NCBI GenBank assembly: GCA_025362655.1
Contig: JANYFM010000002.1
Coordinates: 1 to 56,858, forward strand
Length of the DNA stretch: 56,858 nucleotides
Direction: 5' to 3'
Source: Hyphomicrobiales bacterium
Lineage (GTDB): Bacteria; Pseudomonadota; Alphaproteobacteria; Rhizobiales; Beijerinckiaceae
Shown: piece after piece, positions 9,093 through 18,773 of the stretch
How positions within the stretch are numbered: position 1 is the first letter of the stretch
How the letters are laid out: each line of letters starts with the position of its first letter
The notes under the pieces: generated by a model
What the model saw: only the letters and a program-made list of their open reading frames with translations
What the model was told of the DNA's origin: nothing
The model's database searches: none
Program-made: the position numbers and the translations under genes

Positions 9093-10343
9093 TTATTGCG
9101 TCAGGGTCGGCGTCTTGTGATCGCCGACGATGCCGTTCGCGAGAGTACTGATGAAGGACACATTTGCGCTCGTCAGCGAAGCGGGATTGCTGAAGCCGGT
9201 CCATGTCTTGATCGTCTGCCAGCCGCTGGTGAGGTTGTAGAAAGTATCATCAACTTTGTCCGGGTTTCCATAGAACAGGATTTTCTTGTTGGTCTGGTCG
9301 ATGGAGCTTGAATTCCATTTGGCCAGCAGTCCCGCATAGTCGCGCGGCATGATGGCGGCGGAGGGGTAGCTCGGGTTAGCCAACGAAGCCGGGAAGCTGG
9401 GCGGGTGGGAGCCGGCGTCCGTGTAGATGGAGATGATGGGATAGACCACTTCCGCAACTTTGCCGTCGCCGAGGGAGTCGCCCACCTGCGACCACGATGA
9501 GCGCATGGCTTCGTTCAGACATTCGAGACCCGATTCCGGCCAGTCGCCGCCGCCGCCGGCGGAGGGGCCGCTGACGAAGGTCGAATACGCGTTATTATCG
9601 GCGGAAAGCGTATAGAAGCCGGACGCGAGGAGCGGCACGGAATCGCCGAGAGCCGTGCCGGAAACCGGCCCGCCATAGGGATAGGTGATATTGCCGTGGC
9701 TGTCGGTGCTGGTGATATTCCTGTAGCCGTTGCCGCCGAAATCGCGGAAATAGATGACGCGGACGCGGGTCCGGTCAGCCGCCGGCATGCCCAGCGCCAC
9801 CATCGCGGCGTCAAGATTGGTTTTGAAGTTCAGCGCGTTGGTTTGCACCGCCCCGAGGGTATTATCCATCGAGCCGGTGGCGTCGATGCACATGACGACA
9901 TCCAGCGCGCGGACTTTGATCGAACTGACCGTGGCTTTCGCGGTAACGCCGACGTTGAAGGCCGCGCCCCAGTTCTGCCCCAGCATCATCGGCTGGGACA
10001 TATTCACCGTTCCCGTCAGGACGCCGGTCGTCGCGTTGTGCGCGAATGTTCGCGAAGTCACCGTGCCGCCGCGCAGATGGGAGGCCGCGTCGAAATAAGT
10101 CTGCGCCACCGTGGCGCGGTCCGCCCCGTTGGCGGCCGAGGTGCCGGCGAGGACGGCCTCGTCGACGGCTGACTGCATCTGTGTCTTCAGCGACACCGCG
10201 CGCCCGTAGTCAACCGACAGGGACAGAAGGCCGAACACCGGCAGGAAGGTGAGACCGAACATCATGGCGACGTTGCCGCGCAGGTCCCGCTTGAAACCAC
10301 GGAGCGGGGAACCGTTCTTGAAAATGGGATTTGAGGTTTTCAT
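9093..10343 (-). CDS. TadG/TadE-like pilus-associated protein with vWA domain
   Basis: N-terminal RGNVAMMFGL..VDYGR..QSAVDEAVLAG Tad segment; MIDAS motif DATGSM; GGGDWPES. Confidence 0.82.
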   Translation of the reverse strand: MKTSNPIFKNGSPLRGFKRDLRGNVAMMFGLTFLPVFGLLSLSVDYGRAVSLKTQMQSAVDEAVLAGTSAANGADRATVAQTYFDAASHLRGGTVTSRTFAHNATTGVLTGTVNMSQPMMLGQNWGAAFNVGVTAKATVSSIKVRALDVVMCIDATGSMDNTLGAVQTNALNFKTNLDAAMVALGMPAADRTRVRVIYFRDFGGNGYRNITSTDSHGNITYPYGGPVSGTALGDSVPLLASGFYTLSADNNAYSTFVSGPSAGGGGDWPESGLECLNEAMRSSWSQVGDSLGDGKVAEVVYPIISIYTDAGSHPPSFPASLANPSYPSAAIMPRDYAGLLAKWNSSSIDQTNKKILFYGNPDKVDDTFYNLTSGWQTIKTWTGFSNPASLTSANVSFISTLANGIVGDHKTPTLTQ

Positions 10344-10441
10344 TTTCGTCGTCCTCTCAGATTTGATCGAACATGATTAGAATTGTCGGATTAAAAAACT
10401 CCGCTTCGAAATGCCCGCCAACCCGTGAATTGCGGTTAGGA

Positions 10442-10457
10442 TTGATAGACCATTAAC
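10442..10457 (+). promoter_or_regulatory. CtrA-like box upstream of the tadG-like gene
   Basis: TTGA-N7-TTAAC, one mismatch to TTAA-N7-TTAAC. Confidence 0.5.
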
Positions 10458-10505
10458 GCGCCCCGCCGGTTTGCCGCCGCCGCGCGAATCCCGCATATTC
10501 GCTGG

Positions 10506-12080
10506 ATGCCTGAGCCCGCTCCCGCCACCAACGCGCCTGAAATAACCGTCACCGAGCTTTCCGGCGCGCTGAAGCGGACCATCGAGGATGGGTTTGGCCT
10601 TGTGCGGGTGCGCGGCGAGGTCTCGGGCTGGCGCGGGCCGCATTCGTCGGGCCATTGCTATTTTTCGCTGAAGGATTCCGCCGCCAAAATCGACGCGGTC
10701 ATCTGGAAGGGCGTCTATGGCCGGATGCGCGTCAAGCCCGAGGAGGGGCTTGAAGTCATCGCGACCGGCAAGGTGACGACATTCCCCGGCAAGTCCGCCT
10801 ATCAGATCATTGTCGAGGCGATTGAGCCCGCCGGCGCCGGGGCGCTGATGGCGCTGTTGGAGGAGCGGCGGCGCAAACTCGCGGCGGAGGGCCTGTTCGA
10901 CGCGGCGCGCAAACAGATCATTCCTTATCTGCCAGACGTCATCGGCGTCATCACTTCGCCCACCGGCGCGGTTATCCGCGATATCCTCCATCGCATAGCG
11001 GATCGTTTTCCCCGGCCTGTGCTGGTCTGGCCGGCGCGGGTGCAGGGCGAGACTTCGGCGGCCGAGATCGCCGCCGCCATAAACGGGTTCAACGCGCTGC
11101 CGGAAGGCGGCGGAATTCCCCGCCCCTCCGTCATTATTGTGGCGCGCGGCGGCGGCTCGCTGGAGGACCTTTGGAGCTTCAACGAGGAGATTGTGGTGCG
11201 CGCGGCCGCGGGCAGCATGATCCCGCTGATCTCGGCTGTCGGCCATGAGACCGACTGGACGCTGATTGACCACGCCGCCGATCTACGCGCCCCGACGCCC
11301 ACCGGGGCCGCCGAAATGTGCGTGCCGGTGCGCGCCGACCTCGTGACACAGACGGCGGACCTTGGACGGCGGCAAGCCGGCGCGATGGGGCGATGGCTGG
11401 AACGACAGCGCGTGGATTTGCGGGCGAGCGCCCGGGCGCTGCCCTCGGGCGAGTCGATTATCGCCATCCCCCGCCAGCGGCTGGATCAGGCCGGGGAACG
11501 GCTTTCGGGGCGGCTCGGCGCAGGCCTGCGCGACCGGCAAATCCGGCTCGGCGCGGCGGCGCAAAAGCTGGCGCGGCATTCGCCGCAGGCGGAATTCGCG
11601 CGCAATCAGGAGAAGCTGCGCAATCTGGGCATGCGTCTCTCCGCGGGCTTGCAGGGCCGCGCCCGGCTGGCGGCGCAGGAGGCGGGAGCGCGCCGCGAGC
11701 GATTGACCGCCCTGCGCCGGCGCCTGCTTCCAGCGCTGGCGGCGGCGAACCGGCGGCGGGCGGAGAGGGTGGCGTCGCTGGAAAAGCTGATGGCGTCGTT
11801 CAGCTATAAAAATGTGCTCGCCCGGGGCTTTGCGCTGGCGCGTGATGCGCAGGGCAAGCCGCTGCGGCTGGCGGCGGGGGTGGAGGCGGGGGCGAGGCTC
11901 CATCTCGAATTCGCGGATGGGATTATCGGCGCCACCGCCGATGGCGCGGCAGGCGGAGCCAAATCCGCGCAACCCAAATCCGCGGAAGCCAAGTCAACCG
12001 GAGCCAAATCACCCGGAACCAAGCCGCGCGGGGCGGCGCGGGAGCCGATTGAGGGCGGGAAGCAGGGCACGCTGTTTTGA
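10506..12080 (+). CDS. xseA: Exodeoxyribonuclease VII large subunit
   Basis: [53 protein letters not shown]. Confidence 0.97.
   Translation: MPEPAPATNAPEITVTELSGALKRTIEDGFGLVRVRGEVSGWRGPHSSGHCYFSLKDSAAKIDAVIWKGVYGRMRVKPEEGLEVIATGKVTTFPGKSAYQIIVEAIEPAGAGALMALLEERRRKLAAEGLFDAARKQIIPYLPDVIGVITSPTGAVIRDILHRIADRFPRPVLVWPARVQGETSAAEIAAAINGFNALPEGGGIPRPSVIIVARGGGSLEDLWSFNEEIVVRAAAGSMIPLISAVGHETDWTLIDHAADLRAPTPTGAAEMCVPVRADLVTQTADLGRRQAGAMGRWLERQRVDLRASARALPSGESIIAIPRQRLDQAGERLSGRLGAGLRDRQIRLGAAAQKLARHSPQAEFARNQEKLRNLGMRLSAGLQGRARLAAQEAGARRERLTALRRRLLPALAAANRRRAERVASLEKLMASFSYKNVLARGFALARDAQGKPLRLAAGVEAGARLHLEFADGIIGATADGAAGGAKSAQPKSAEAKSTGAKSPGTKPRGAAREPIEGGKQGTLF
11955..12029 (+). repeat. Five degenerate 15-bp tandem units in the XseA C-terminal tail
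   Basis: GGAGCCAAATCCGCG-like units encoding [25 protein letters not shown]. Confidence 0.75.
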
Positions 12081-12167
12081 TTATTGGGGCGGGGAGCGAA
12101 TTGCGAGGCGGCAAAACAAGTTTCGGGAGCGGCAGGGGCCGACTCTCCGCTTCTGTCCTTTGGCTCA

Positions 12168-12983
12168 TCATGGCTTATCGTAACGCGTGGATTGCGTGAG
12201 GGCGGACAAAGGAAAACGCGCCACCTCCTCAATCAGCCCGATGAGCCGATGCGCGGCACGCTCGACAATGATTTCGCCGCGCTCAGCGTCCGCCGCTGCG
12301 GCATTGCCGCAGGCGCCGGACTGCTGGAGATCCTGCGTCTGCCAGCCGAAGCCGGCGCGGCCATCGGGGGCCAGCCATTTATAATCCTTCGCCATGGCCG
12401 CCGACATTGGCACGAAATCCTCGGCATGTTTCATTTCGACGAGGCCGGGATGCAGATGCAGCATGACGCTGGTTTCGACCTCGCCGCCATGGATGCCGAA
12501 TTCGCGCTCGGCGGCGGAAATCAAATCCTCCGTGTCTGTGATCCCGAACCACGAACAGGAAACGGCGAGCATGCCGAGCCTGACGCGAAGCTCCCGCGTC
12601 ACGATCTCCATCACCTGCGGCTGGCCGCCGTGGGAATTGAACAGGATCATCCTGCGGCAGCCCGCGCGGAACACGCTTTCGCCGATCTCCCGCCACAGCC
12701 GCGCAAGCGTATCGTAGGAGAGGCTGAGCGTGCCGGGAAAGGCCAGATGCTCATTGGATTTTCCCACCGGCATGGCCGGCAGGATGAGGGCCGGAAAATC
12801 CGGCGGCATCAATTCGACCGCGCGGGACACAATGCCTGCGTTAATTGCCGCATCGACGCGCACCGGCAGGTGCGGACCGTGCTGTTCGACAGCGCCGACC
12901 GGCAGCACGGCAACGATGCCGCTCATATCGAGCGCCGCGAAATCCCGGGTCGTGAGGTCCCACCAATAATGCGATTTCAGCAT
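12168..12983 (-). CDS. Creatininase family amidohydrolase
   Basis: GAVEQHGPHLP..D, NSHGG, HGGEVETS. Confidence 0.92.
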   Translation of the reverse strand: MLKSHYWWDLTTRDFAALDMSGIVAVLPVGAVEQHGPHLPVRVDAAINAGIVSRAVELMPPDFPALILPAMPVGKSNEHLAFPGTLSLSYDTLARLWREIGESVFRAGCRRMILFNSHGGQPQVMEIVTRELRVRLGMLAVSCSWFGITDTEDLISAAEREFGIHGGEVETSVMLHLHPGLVEMKHAEDFVPMSAAMAKDYKWLAPDGRAGFGWQTQDLQQSGACGNAAAADAERGEIIVERAAHRLIGLIEEVARFPLSALTQSTRYDKP

Positions 12984-13201
12984 GGAGCCTCAATTCCCGC
13001 GGCGAACGGCGCGGGGCGGGATGATGATCGGCTTAAAATCGCGCTCAATCAACATTTCCGCGATCCCGCCGCGGCCGACACGCCGGAGCCAATCCCGTGC
13101 CCGGACCCCGGACCGCCAAGACAAGGCGTGTCGCGGGAGGCGCCCGCTTTCCTTCGCCGGCAAGCTGCACTAACAACTTGTGTCCCCGCACGGAGCCTCC
13201 C

Positions 13202-13972
13202 ATGCCCAGCACCATCCTCGTCGAGACCCATGGCAAGACCGGCCTGATCCGCCTCAACCGGCCGCAGGCGCTGAATGCCATTAATGCGGAGCTGATCGAC
13301 GAGGTCAACGCGGCGCTCGATGGTTTCGAGGCGGATGAGGCCATCGGCTGTATTGTGATCACGGGTTCGGAAAAAGCCTTCGCCGCCGGCGCCGATATCA
13401 AGGAGATGCAGGCCAAGTCCTATATGCAGGCCTATCTGGAGGACTTTATCTCGAAATGGGACCGCATCGGCCAGCGGCGCAAACCGCTCATCGCGGCGGT
13501 CGCGGGATTTGCGCTCGGCGGCGGCTGCGAGCTGGCCATGATGTGCGATTTCATCATCGCGGCGGAGAATGCCAAATTCGGCCAGCCGGAAATCAAGCTG
13601 GGGGTTATGCCGGGCTCGGGCGGAACACAAAGGCTCGCCAAATTCATCGGCAAGTCGAAGGCTATGGACCTGTGCCTGACCGGCCGCATGATGGATGCCG
13701 CGGAGGCGGAGCGCTGCGGCCTCGTCTCGCGCCTCGTGCCGCTTGCCGACCTGATGAATGAGACGATGAAAGCGGCGGCGGCGATCGCGGCGATGTCGCG
13801 GCCGGCGGCGATGATGACAAAGGAGACGGTCAACCGGGCCTTCGAGACGAGCCTGGCCGAGGGCCTGCGCTTCGAGCGGCGGCTGTTCCATTCGATGTTC
13901 GCGCTGGAAGATCAGAAGGAAGGCATGGCGGCGTTTGCGGAGAAGCGTCCGGCTGTGTTTAGGGATAGGTAG
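13202..13972 (+). CDS. Enoyl-CoA hydratase
   Basis: [30 protein letters not shown]; ATG 13202 after GGAG. Confidence 0.95.
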   Translation: MPSTILVETHGKTGLIRLNRPQALNAINAELIDEVNAALDGFEADEAIGCIVITGSEKAFAAGADIKEMQAKSYMQAYLEDFISKWDRIGQRRKPLIAAVAGFALGGGCELAMMCDFIIAAENAKFGQPEIKLGVMPGSGGTQRLAKFIGKSKAMDLCLTGRMMDAAEAERCGLVSRLVPLADLMNETMKAAAAIAAMSRPAAMMTKETVNRAFETSLAEGLRFERRLFHSMFALEDQKEGMAAFAEKRPAVFRDR

Positions 13973-14047
13973 GTTCGAGCAGCGAACAGTATGAAAAAAC
14001 GGAGCCGTACCGCCGCTCCCCCTCGCTATTCGCCCGAAGGAGAGACC

Positions 14048-16408
14048 ATGAGCGGCAAAAACCTCGAAACCGGCGGCATCGGCGATTCCGTGCTGCGCAA
14101 AGAGGATTTGCGCTTTGTGCGCGGCCTCGGGCAGTACGGGGCCGATCAGTTTCCTCACAATATGGCGCATGCGCACATGCTGCGCTCGCCGCACGCCCAT
14201 GCGCGCATCGTCTCCATCGACACGGCGGCGGCAAAATCGGCGCCCGGCGTGCTCGGCGTTTTCACTGGAGCGGACCTGATTGCGGCGGGCTGCAAGCCCA
14301 TCGCGCATAATCCCAATTGGGAGGGGCCGCCGGATGTGGCGCTCAGCCTGCGCGGCAATGTGTTTCTGACTGAGCATCACGCGATGCCGGCGGAAATTGC
14401 GCGCTTTACCGGCGAGCCTGTCGTCATGGTGATAGCGGAAAACCTGTCGCAGGCGCGGGCGGCGGCGGAGACCATCGCTGTGCGATATGAGATTTTGCCG
14501 GCGGTGGTTTACGCCGCGGACGCCGTTCTCGACGGCGCGCCGCGCGTTTGGGAGGCGCGTCCCGGCAATATTTCCATCGACGCGGAGGTCGGCGACAAAA
14601 CAGCGGTGGACGCCGCCTTCGCCGCGGCCGCGCATGTGAGCGTTCTCGACACATGGATTCAGCGCGTCACCGGCAGCCCGATGGAGCCGCGCTCCGCCAT
14701 CGGCGAATATGACCCGGCCACGGGGATATACTCGGTCCATGCGGGCACAGGCTCCGGCGTTGTGCGCGAGCGGGCGCAGCTCGCGGGCATGCTGAACATT
14801 CCCTATGAAAAAGCGCGCGCATGGTGCCGCGACATGGGCGGCAATTTCGGCACGCGCAACACGTTTTTTCCCGAATACGGGCTAATGCCCTGGGCGGCCA
14901 AACAATTGGGCCGGCCTGTAAAGTGGGTGAGCGAGCGCGAGGAGTGTTTTCTCAGCGATTATCAGGGCCGCGATCTCACGGCGCATGCGGAGCTGGCGCT
15001 CGATGCGCAGGGGAATTTTCTTGGCATCCGCGGCGTCAATCTCAGCAATCTCGGCGCTTACACCGCGCATTTCACGCCTTTGCGCAAAGGCCTTGGCATT
15101 ATGCAGGGCGTTTACAAAATTCCCGCCGCGCATTTTCGCGGCTGCGGCGTGCTGACCCACACAGTGCCGACGACGCCTTACCGCAGCGCCGGGCGCCCGG
15201 AGGCGATTTACGTGATCGAGCGGCTGATCGATATCGCCGCGGCGGAGCACGGGTTCGACCGCATCGAATTGCGCCGGCGCAATTTTATTCAGCCCGGTTC
15301 CATGCCCTACAAAAACGCCGTCGGCATCACTTATGACAACGGCGAATATGAGCGCGGCATGGATGCGGCGCTGAAGCTGGCGAATATGGAGGGGTTCGCC
15401 AAACGCCGCGCGGAATCGCGCGGGCGGGGGAAACTGCGCGGCCTCGGCCTCGCCAATTATATCGAGGGCGCGGGCGGGGCGCCGCGCGAACGCGCCGAAA
15501 TCACCATTCAGCCGGAAGGGCGGACGGAGCTCGTGCTGGGCACGATGAACAGCGGCCAGGGGCACGAGACCAGCTTCGCGCAATTGCTCAACGGCTGGCT
15601 GGGCGTGCCCTTCGAGACCGTTGACTACGTCGCGCATGACACGCGCCGCGTCAGCGCCGGGGGCGGCTCGCATTCCGGCCGCTCGATGCGCATCGCCAGC
15701 CTTGCCATGGGCGAAGCCTCGGACGCGATCATCGAAAAAGGCAAAGACATCGCCGCGCATCTGCTGGAGGCGGGACGCGGCGACATCGAGTTTTCCAAAG
15801 GCGTGTTCGCTGTCAAAGGCACCGACCGCAAAGTCGGCATATTCGATGCCGCGAAGGCGGCGGCGGAGCGCAAGGATTTGCCGGCGGAGTTGCAGGGAAA
15901 GCTTGACGGGCAGGGCGATCACACGGTGAAGGTTGGCGCGTTTCCCTCCGGCACGCATATTTGCGAGGTCGAGGTCGATCCGGATACCGGCGAAGTGAAG
16001 ATCGTCGCGTGGCATGGTGTCGATGATGTCGGGCTCGCGGTCAATCCGATGATCCTGCACGGGCAGACGCACGGCGCGGTGGCGCAGGGCGCGGGGCAGG
16101 CTTTGCTGGAACACACGCAATTCGATCCGAAGAATGGCCAAATGCTGACCGCTTCGTTCATGGATTACGCCATGCCGCGGGCCGGCGATATGCCGTTTTA
16201 TTCATGCGAGCTGTTGGAAATTCCCGCGACCAGCCACCGCTACGGCATCCGCCCCGGCGGCGAGGGCGGCACGACGCCGGCTTTGGGCGCTGTGGTCAAT
16301 GCTGTCGTCGATGCGCTGTCCGGGCTCGGCGTGCGCCACGTGGAAATGCCGACAACGCCGCAGCGCGTGTGGAGGGCGATTCAGGCCGCGAAGGCGCGGA
16401 AATCATGA
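14048..16408 (+). CDS. Xanthine dehydrogenase/CoxL-family molybdopterin-binding large subunit
   Basis: RSPHAHA, MGGNFG, PYRSAGRPEA, SGQGHET, GGGSHSGRS, GQTHG, GEGG. Confidence 0.93.
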   Translation: MSGKNLETGGIGDSVLRKEDLRFVRGLGQYGADQFPHNMAHAHMLRSPHAHARIVSIDTAAAKSAPGVLGVFTGADLIAAGCKPIAHNPNWEGPPDVALSLRGNVFLTEHHAMPAEIARFTGEPVVMVIAENLSQARAAAETIAVRYEILPAVVYAADAVLDGAPRVWEARPGNISIDAEVGDKTAVDAAFAAAAHVSVLDTWIQRVTGSPMEPRSAIGEYDPATGIYSVHAGTGSGVVRERAQLAGMLNIPYEKARAWCRDMGGNFGTRNTFFPEYGLMPWAAKQLGRPVKWVSEREECFLSDYQGRDLTAHAELALDAQGNFLGIRGVNLSNLGAYTAHFTPLRKGLGIMQGVYKIPAAHFRGCGVLTHTVPTTPYRSAGRPEAIYVIERLIDIAAAEHGFDRIELRRRNFIQPGSMPYKNAVGITYDNGEYERGMDAALKLANMEGFAKRRAESRGRGKLRGLGLANYIEGAGGAPRERAEITIQPEGRTELVLGTMNSGQGHETSFAQLLNGWLGVPFETVDYVAHDTRRVSAGGGSHSGRSMRIASLAMGEASDAIIEKGKDIAAHLLEAGRGDIEFSKGVFAVKGTDRKVGIFDAAKAAAERKDLPAELQGKLDGQGDHTVKVGAFPSGTHICEVEVDPDTGEVKIVAWHGVDDVGLAVNPMILHGQTHGAVAQGAGQALLEHTQFDPKNGQMLTASFMDYAMPRAGDMPFYSCELLEIPATSHRYGIRPGGEGGTTPALGAVVNAVVDALSGLGVRHVEMPTTPQRVWRAIQAAKARKS

Positions 16409-17283
16409 TTCAGTCCCTCAGAGGCATCGTCGCCGCCATCGCCACGCCGGTCACTTCGGCGCTGACTCCCGATCACGCGCGTTTTCTGGCGCTGGCAAAA
16501 CATCTGCTCGCCAACGGCTGCGACGGCCTCAACGTGCTCGGCACGACCGGGGAGGCGACTTCGTTTTCGCTGAGCCAGCGCAAGGCGCTGATGAGCTTTG
16601 CCGCGCGGGAATTGCCGCGCCAACGCATGATGGCCGGAACCGGCGCGGCATCGCTGGGCGATGCCATCGAGCTGACGCGGCACGCGGCGGAGCTGGGGTT
16701 CGGCGCGGCGCTGGTGCTGCCGCCGTTCTATTATAAGGGTGTCAGCGACGACGGCGTCTTCGCCTATATCGAGGCCATCGTTGCGGCGAGCGCGGAGCGG
16801 CCCGTGCCGCTGTTTCTCTATCATTACCCCGCGCTGTCGGGCGTTCCTTACACACCGGAACTGACGGGGCGGCTGATCGCGGCGTTTCCGGAACGCGTGC
16901 TGGGCGTCAAGGATTCCTCCGGCGATCTGGCGTATGAGCGGCTGCTGGCCGGGCGGCATCCCGGCTTTGCCGTCTATCCCGCCAATGAGGCGACGCTGCT
17001 GGAGGGACGCGGCGGGATTTTCGCGGGCTGTATTTCGGCCACCGCCAATCTCAATGCGGACCTATGCGCGCGGGCATGGCGGAGCGGCGAGGAGGCCGCG
17101 CTGGAAACCGCTGTGCGGCTGCGCAGGCTGTTCGACGGCAAGCCGCTGGTGGCCGGCGTCAAAGCGGCGCTGGCGCATATTCATCATGACCCCGCGCTGG
17201 CCGCGCCGATGCCGCCCTTGAGCGCGTGGGGAGAAGCGGAGGCGCGGGCGCTGGGGCGGGATATCGACGCCGCGCGCGCCTGA
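16405..17283 (+). CDS. Dihydrodipicolinate synthase (DapA) family aldolase/lyase
   Basis: LGTTGE, LPPFYY, LYHYP, GVKDSSG; ATGA overlap with the upstream stop. Confidence 0.9.
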   Translation: MIQSLRGIVAAIATPVTSALTPDHARFLALAKHLLANGCDGLNVLGTTGEATSFSLSQRKALMSFAARELPRQRMMAGTGAASLGDAIELTRHAAELGFGAALVLPPFYYKGVSDDGVFAYIEAIVAASAERPVPLFLYHYPALSGVPYTPELTGRLIAAFPERVLGVKDSSGDLAYERLLAGRHPGFAVYPANEATLLEGRGGIFAGCISATANLNADLCARAWRSGEEAALETAVRLRRLFDGKPLVAGVKAALAHIHHDPALAAPMPPLSAWGEAEARALGRDIDAARA

Positions 17284-17284
17284 C

Positions 17285-18085
17285 GTGGAGAGCCTCTCCC
17301 TGGAAATCATCGCGCTTCTCGCCGCTGTGGCTTTTGCGGCGGGTTTCGTCGATGCGCTGGCCGGGGGCGGCGGGCTGATCACAGTGCCGGCGCTGGCGCT
17401 TGCAGGGCTTGATCCGATCAGCGCCATCGCCACCAATAAATTGCAATCGAGTTTCGGCTCGGCGTCGGCGATGCTGACATTTTGGCGCGCCGGGCACCTG
17501 CAATGGCGGGAGATTGCCCCCGTCATGGTGTTTTCGGCGCTCGGCGCGGTGATCGGCGCGTCTTTTTTGACGAGCCTGCCCGTGCGGTTGGTTTATGCCG
17601 CTCTGCCGGTCATTTTGATCGCGGTGGCCGCCTATTTCACGCTGTCGCCGGGCCTGAGCGATGCCGGCGGGCGCCAGCGCATATCAAAAGCTTTGTTTAC
17701 AGGCGCTTTCGTGCCGCTGATCGGCGCTTACGACGGGGTGTTCGGCCCGGGCACCGGATCCTTTTTCATGGCTGGCTTCACCGCGCTGCTGGGCTACGGG
17801 ATCGTCCGCGCGACGGCGCAGACGAAAGCCGCCAATTTCGCCTCCAATATCGCGGGGCTGGCGGCGCTGAGCCTCGGCGGCCATATTGTGTGGGCGCTCG
17901 GGCTGGCAATGGGCACAGCGCAGGTTCTGGGGGCAGCGCTGGGGGCGCGGGCCGCGATCAGCTCCGGGGCGAGGCTTATCAAGCCGCTGGTGGCCGGCAT
18001 CTGCCTGCTGTTGGCGCTGCGGCTGCTGGCCGACCCCGCGGGGCCGTGGCGCGATCTTTTGGGGCGCATTGCCGCTTTGCGTTGA
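17285..18085 (+). CDS. TSUP (TauE/SafE sulfite exporter) family membrane protein
   Basis: AGFVDALAGGGGLI, ATNKLQ, YDGVFGPGTG. Confidence 0.9.
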   Translation: MESLSLEIIALLAAVAFAAGFVDALAGGGGLITVPALALAGLDPISAIATNKLQSSFGSASAMLTFWRAGHLQWREIAPVMVFSALGAVIGASFLTSLPVRLVYAALPVILIAVAAYFTLSPGLSDAGGRQRISKALFTGAFVPLIGAYDGVFGPGTGSFFMAGFTALLGYGIVRATAQTKAANFASNIAGLAALSLGGHIVWALGLAMGTAQVLGAALGARAAISSGARLIKPLVAGICLLLALRLLADPAGPWRDLLGRIAALR

Positions 18086-18111
18086 CGGGGCCGCCGTTTC
18101 GCGCTTATAAG
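18082..18111 (+). promoter_or_regulatory. Putative sigma70 promoter of rpsT
   Basis: TTGACG followed 17-18 bp later by (T)TATAAG. Confidence 0.6.
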
Positions 18112-18193
18112 CCCGCCACGTTCCGCGCCGGTGGGCTGTGGACCCAAGATCTATGAGGCGAGCCCCTGCGGCCAGCCTGTTTTCGAGGATAAT

Positions 18194-18460
18194 ATGGCGA
18201 ATACGAGTTCGGCCAAAAAAGCCGTCAGAAAGATCGCGCGCAAGACGGCCGTCAACCGCTCGCGCCGCACGGAAATGCGCACTTACGTCCGCCGGGTCGA
18301 GGAAGCTCTCACAGCGGGCGACGCCAAGGCCGCGCAGACCGCTCTGAGCGACGCCGAGCCGAAGGTGATGCGCGCCGCCCAGAAGGGCATTCTTCACAAA
18401 AACACCGCGTCGCGCAAAGTCTCGCGGCTGACGGCGCGGGTAAAAGCGCTGACGAAATAA
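18194..18460 (+). CDS. rpsT: 30S ribosomal protein S20
   Basis: [25 protein letters not shown]; GAGG RBS. Confidence 0.98.
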   Translation: MANTSSAKKAVRKIARKTAVNRSRRTEMRTYVRRVEEALTAGDAKAAQTALSDAEPKVMRAAQKGILHKNTASRKVSRLTARVKALTK

Positions 18461-18485
18461 TTCACCGCTTCGCGCGGGGATATTC

Positions 18486-18513
18486 AAGGCCCGGCCCAAC
18501 GCCGGGCCTTTTT
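18486..18513 (+). terminator. Rho-independent terminator after rpsT
   Basis: AAGGCCCGGC-ccaac-GCCGGGCCTT followed by T run. Confidence 0.88.
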
Positions 18514-18757
18514 GCGTTTGGATCGCGCGGGCGCGTAACAAAAAAGCCACAAATTATTTTTGTGGCGGTTTTGCAACATCAAAAACCTGTTGGAAAGAAA
18601 TTTCCAACCCGCCAAACCGCGCAATAAAAATTGCGTCGAATCAATCCATTGGAATGACAGCGGCGGGCCGGGCCGCGAACCGCGCGCTTGACTCGCTGGA
18701 AAGCGGCGACAGACACGCGAAAAGCTCCGCACGCTGTCAAAAAAAATGTCGCGAAAA

Positions 18758-18773
18758 GTTAACGAACTCTTAA
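18758..18773 (-). promoter_or_regulatory. Perfect CtrA box in the dnaA upstream region
   Basis: GTTAA-cgaactc-TTAA, i.e. TTAA-N7-TTAAC on the minus strand. Confidence 0.7.

Noticed and set aside
13049-14740. Long antisense ORFs (also 21096-22805, 35736-37178, 14882-16141)
   Set aside because: Arg/Ala-rich shadows of well-supported opposite-strand genes, expected in high-GC DNA
14048-16408. Aerobic CO dehydrogenase (form I coxL)
   Set aside because: Lacks AYxCSFR and there are no coxM/coxS or cox accessory genes
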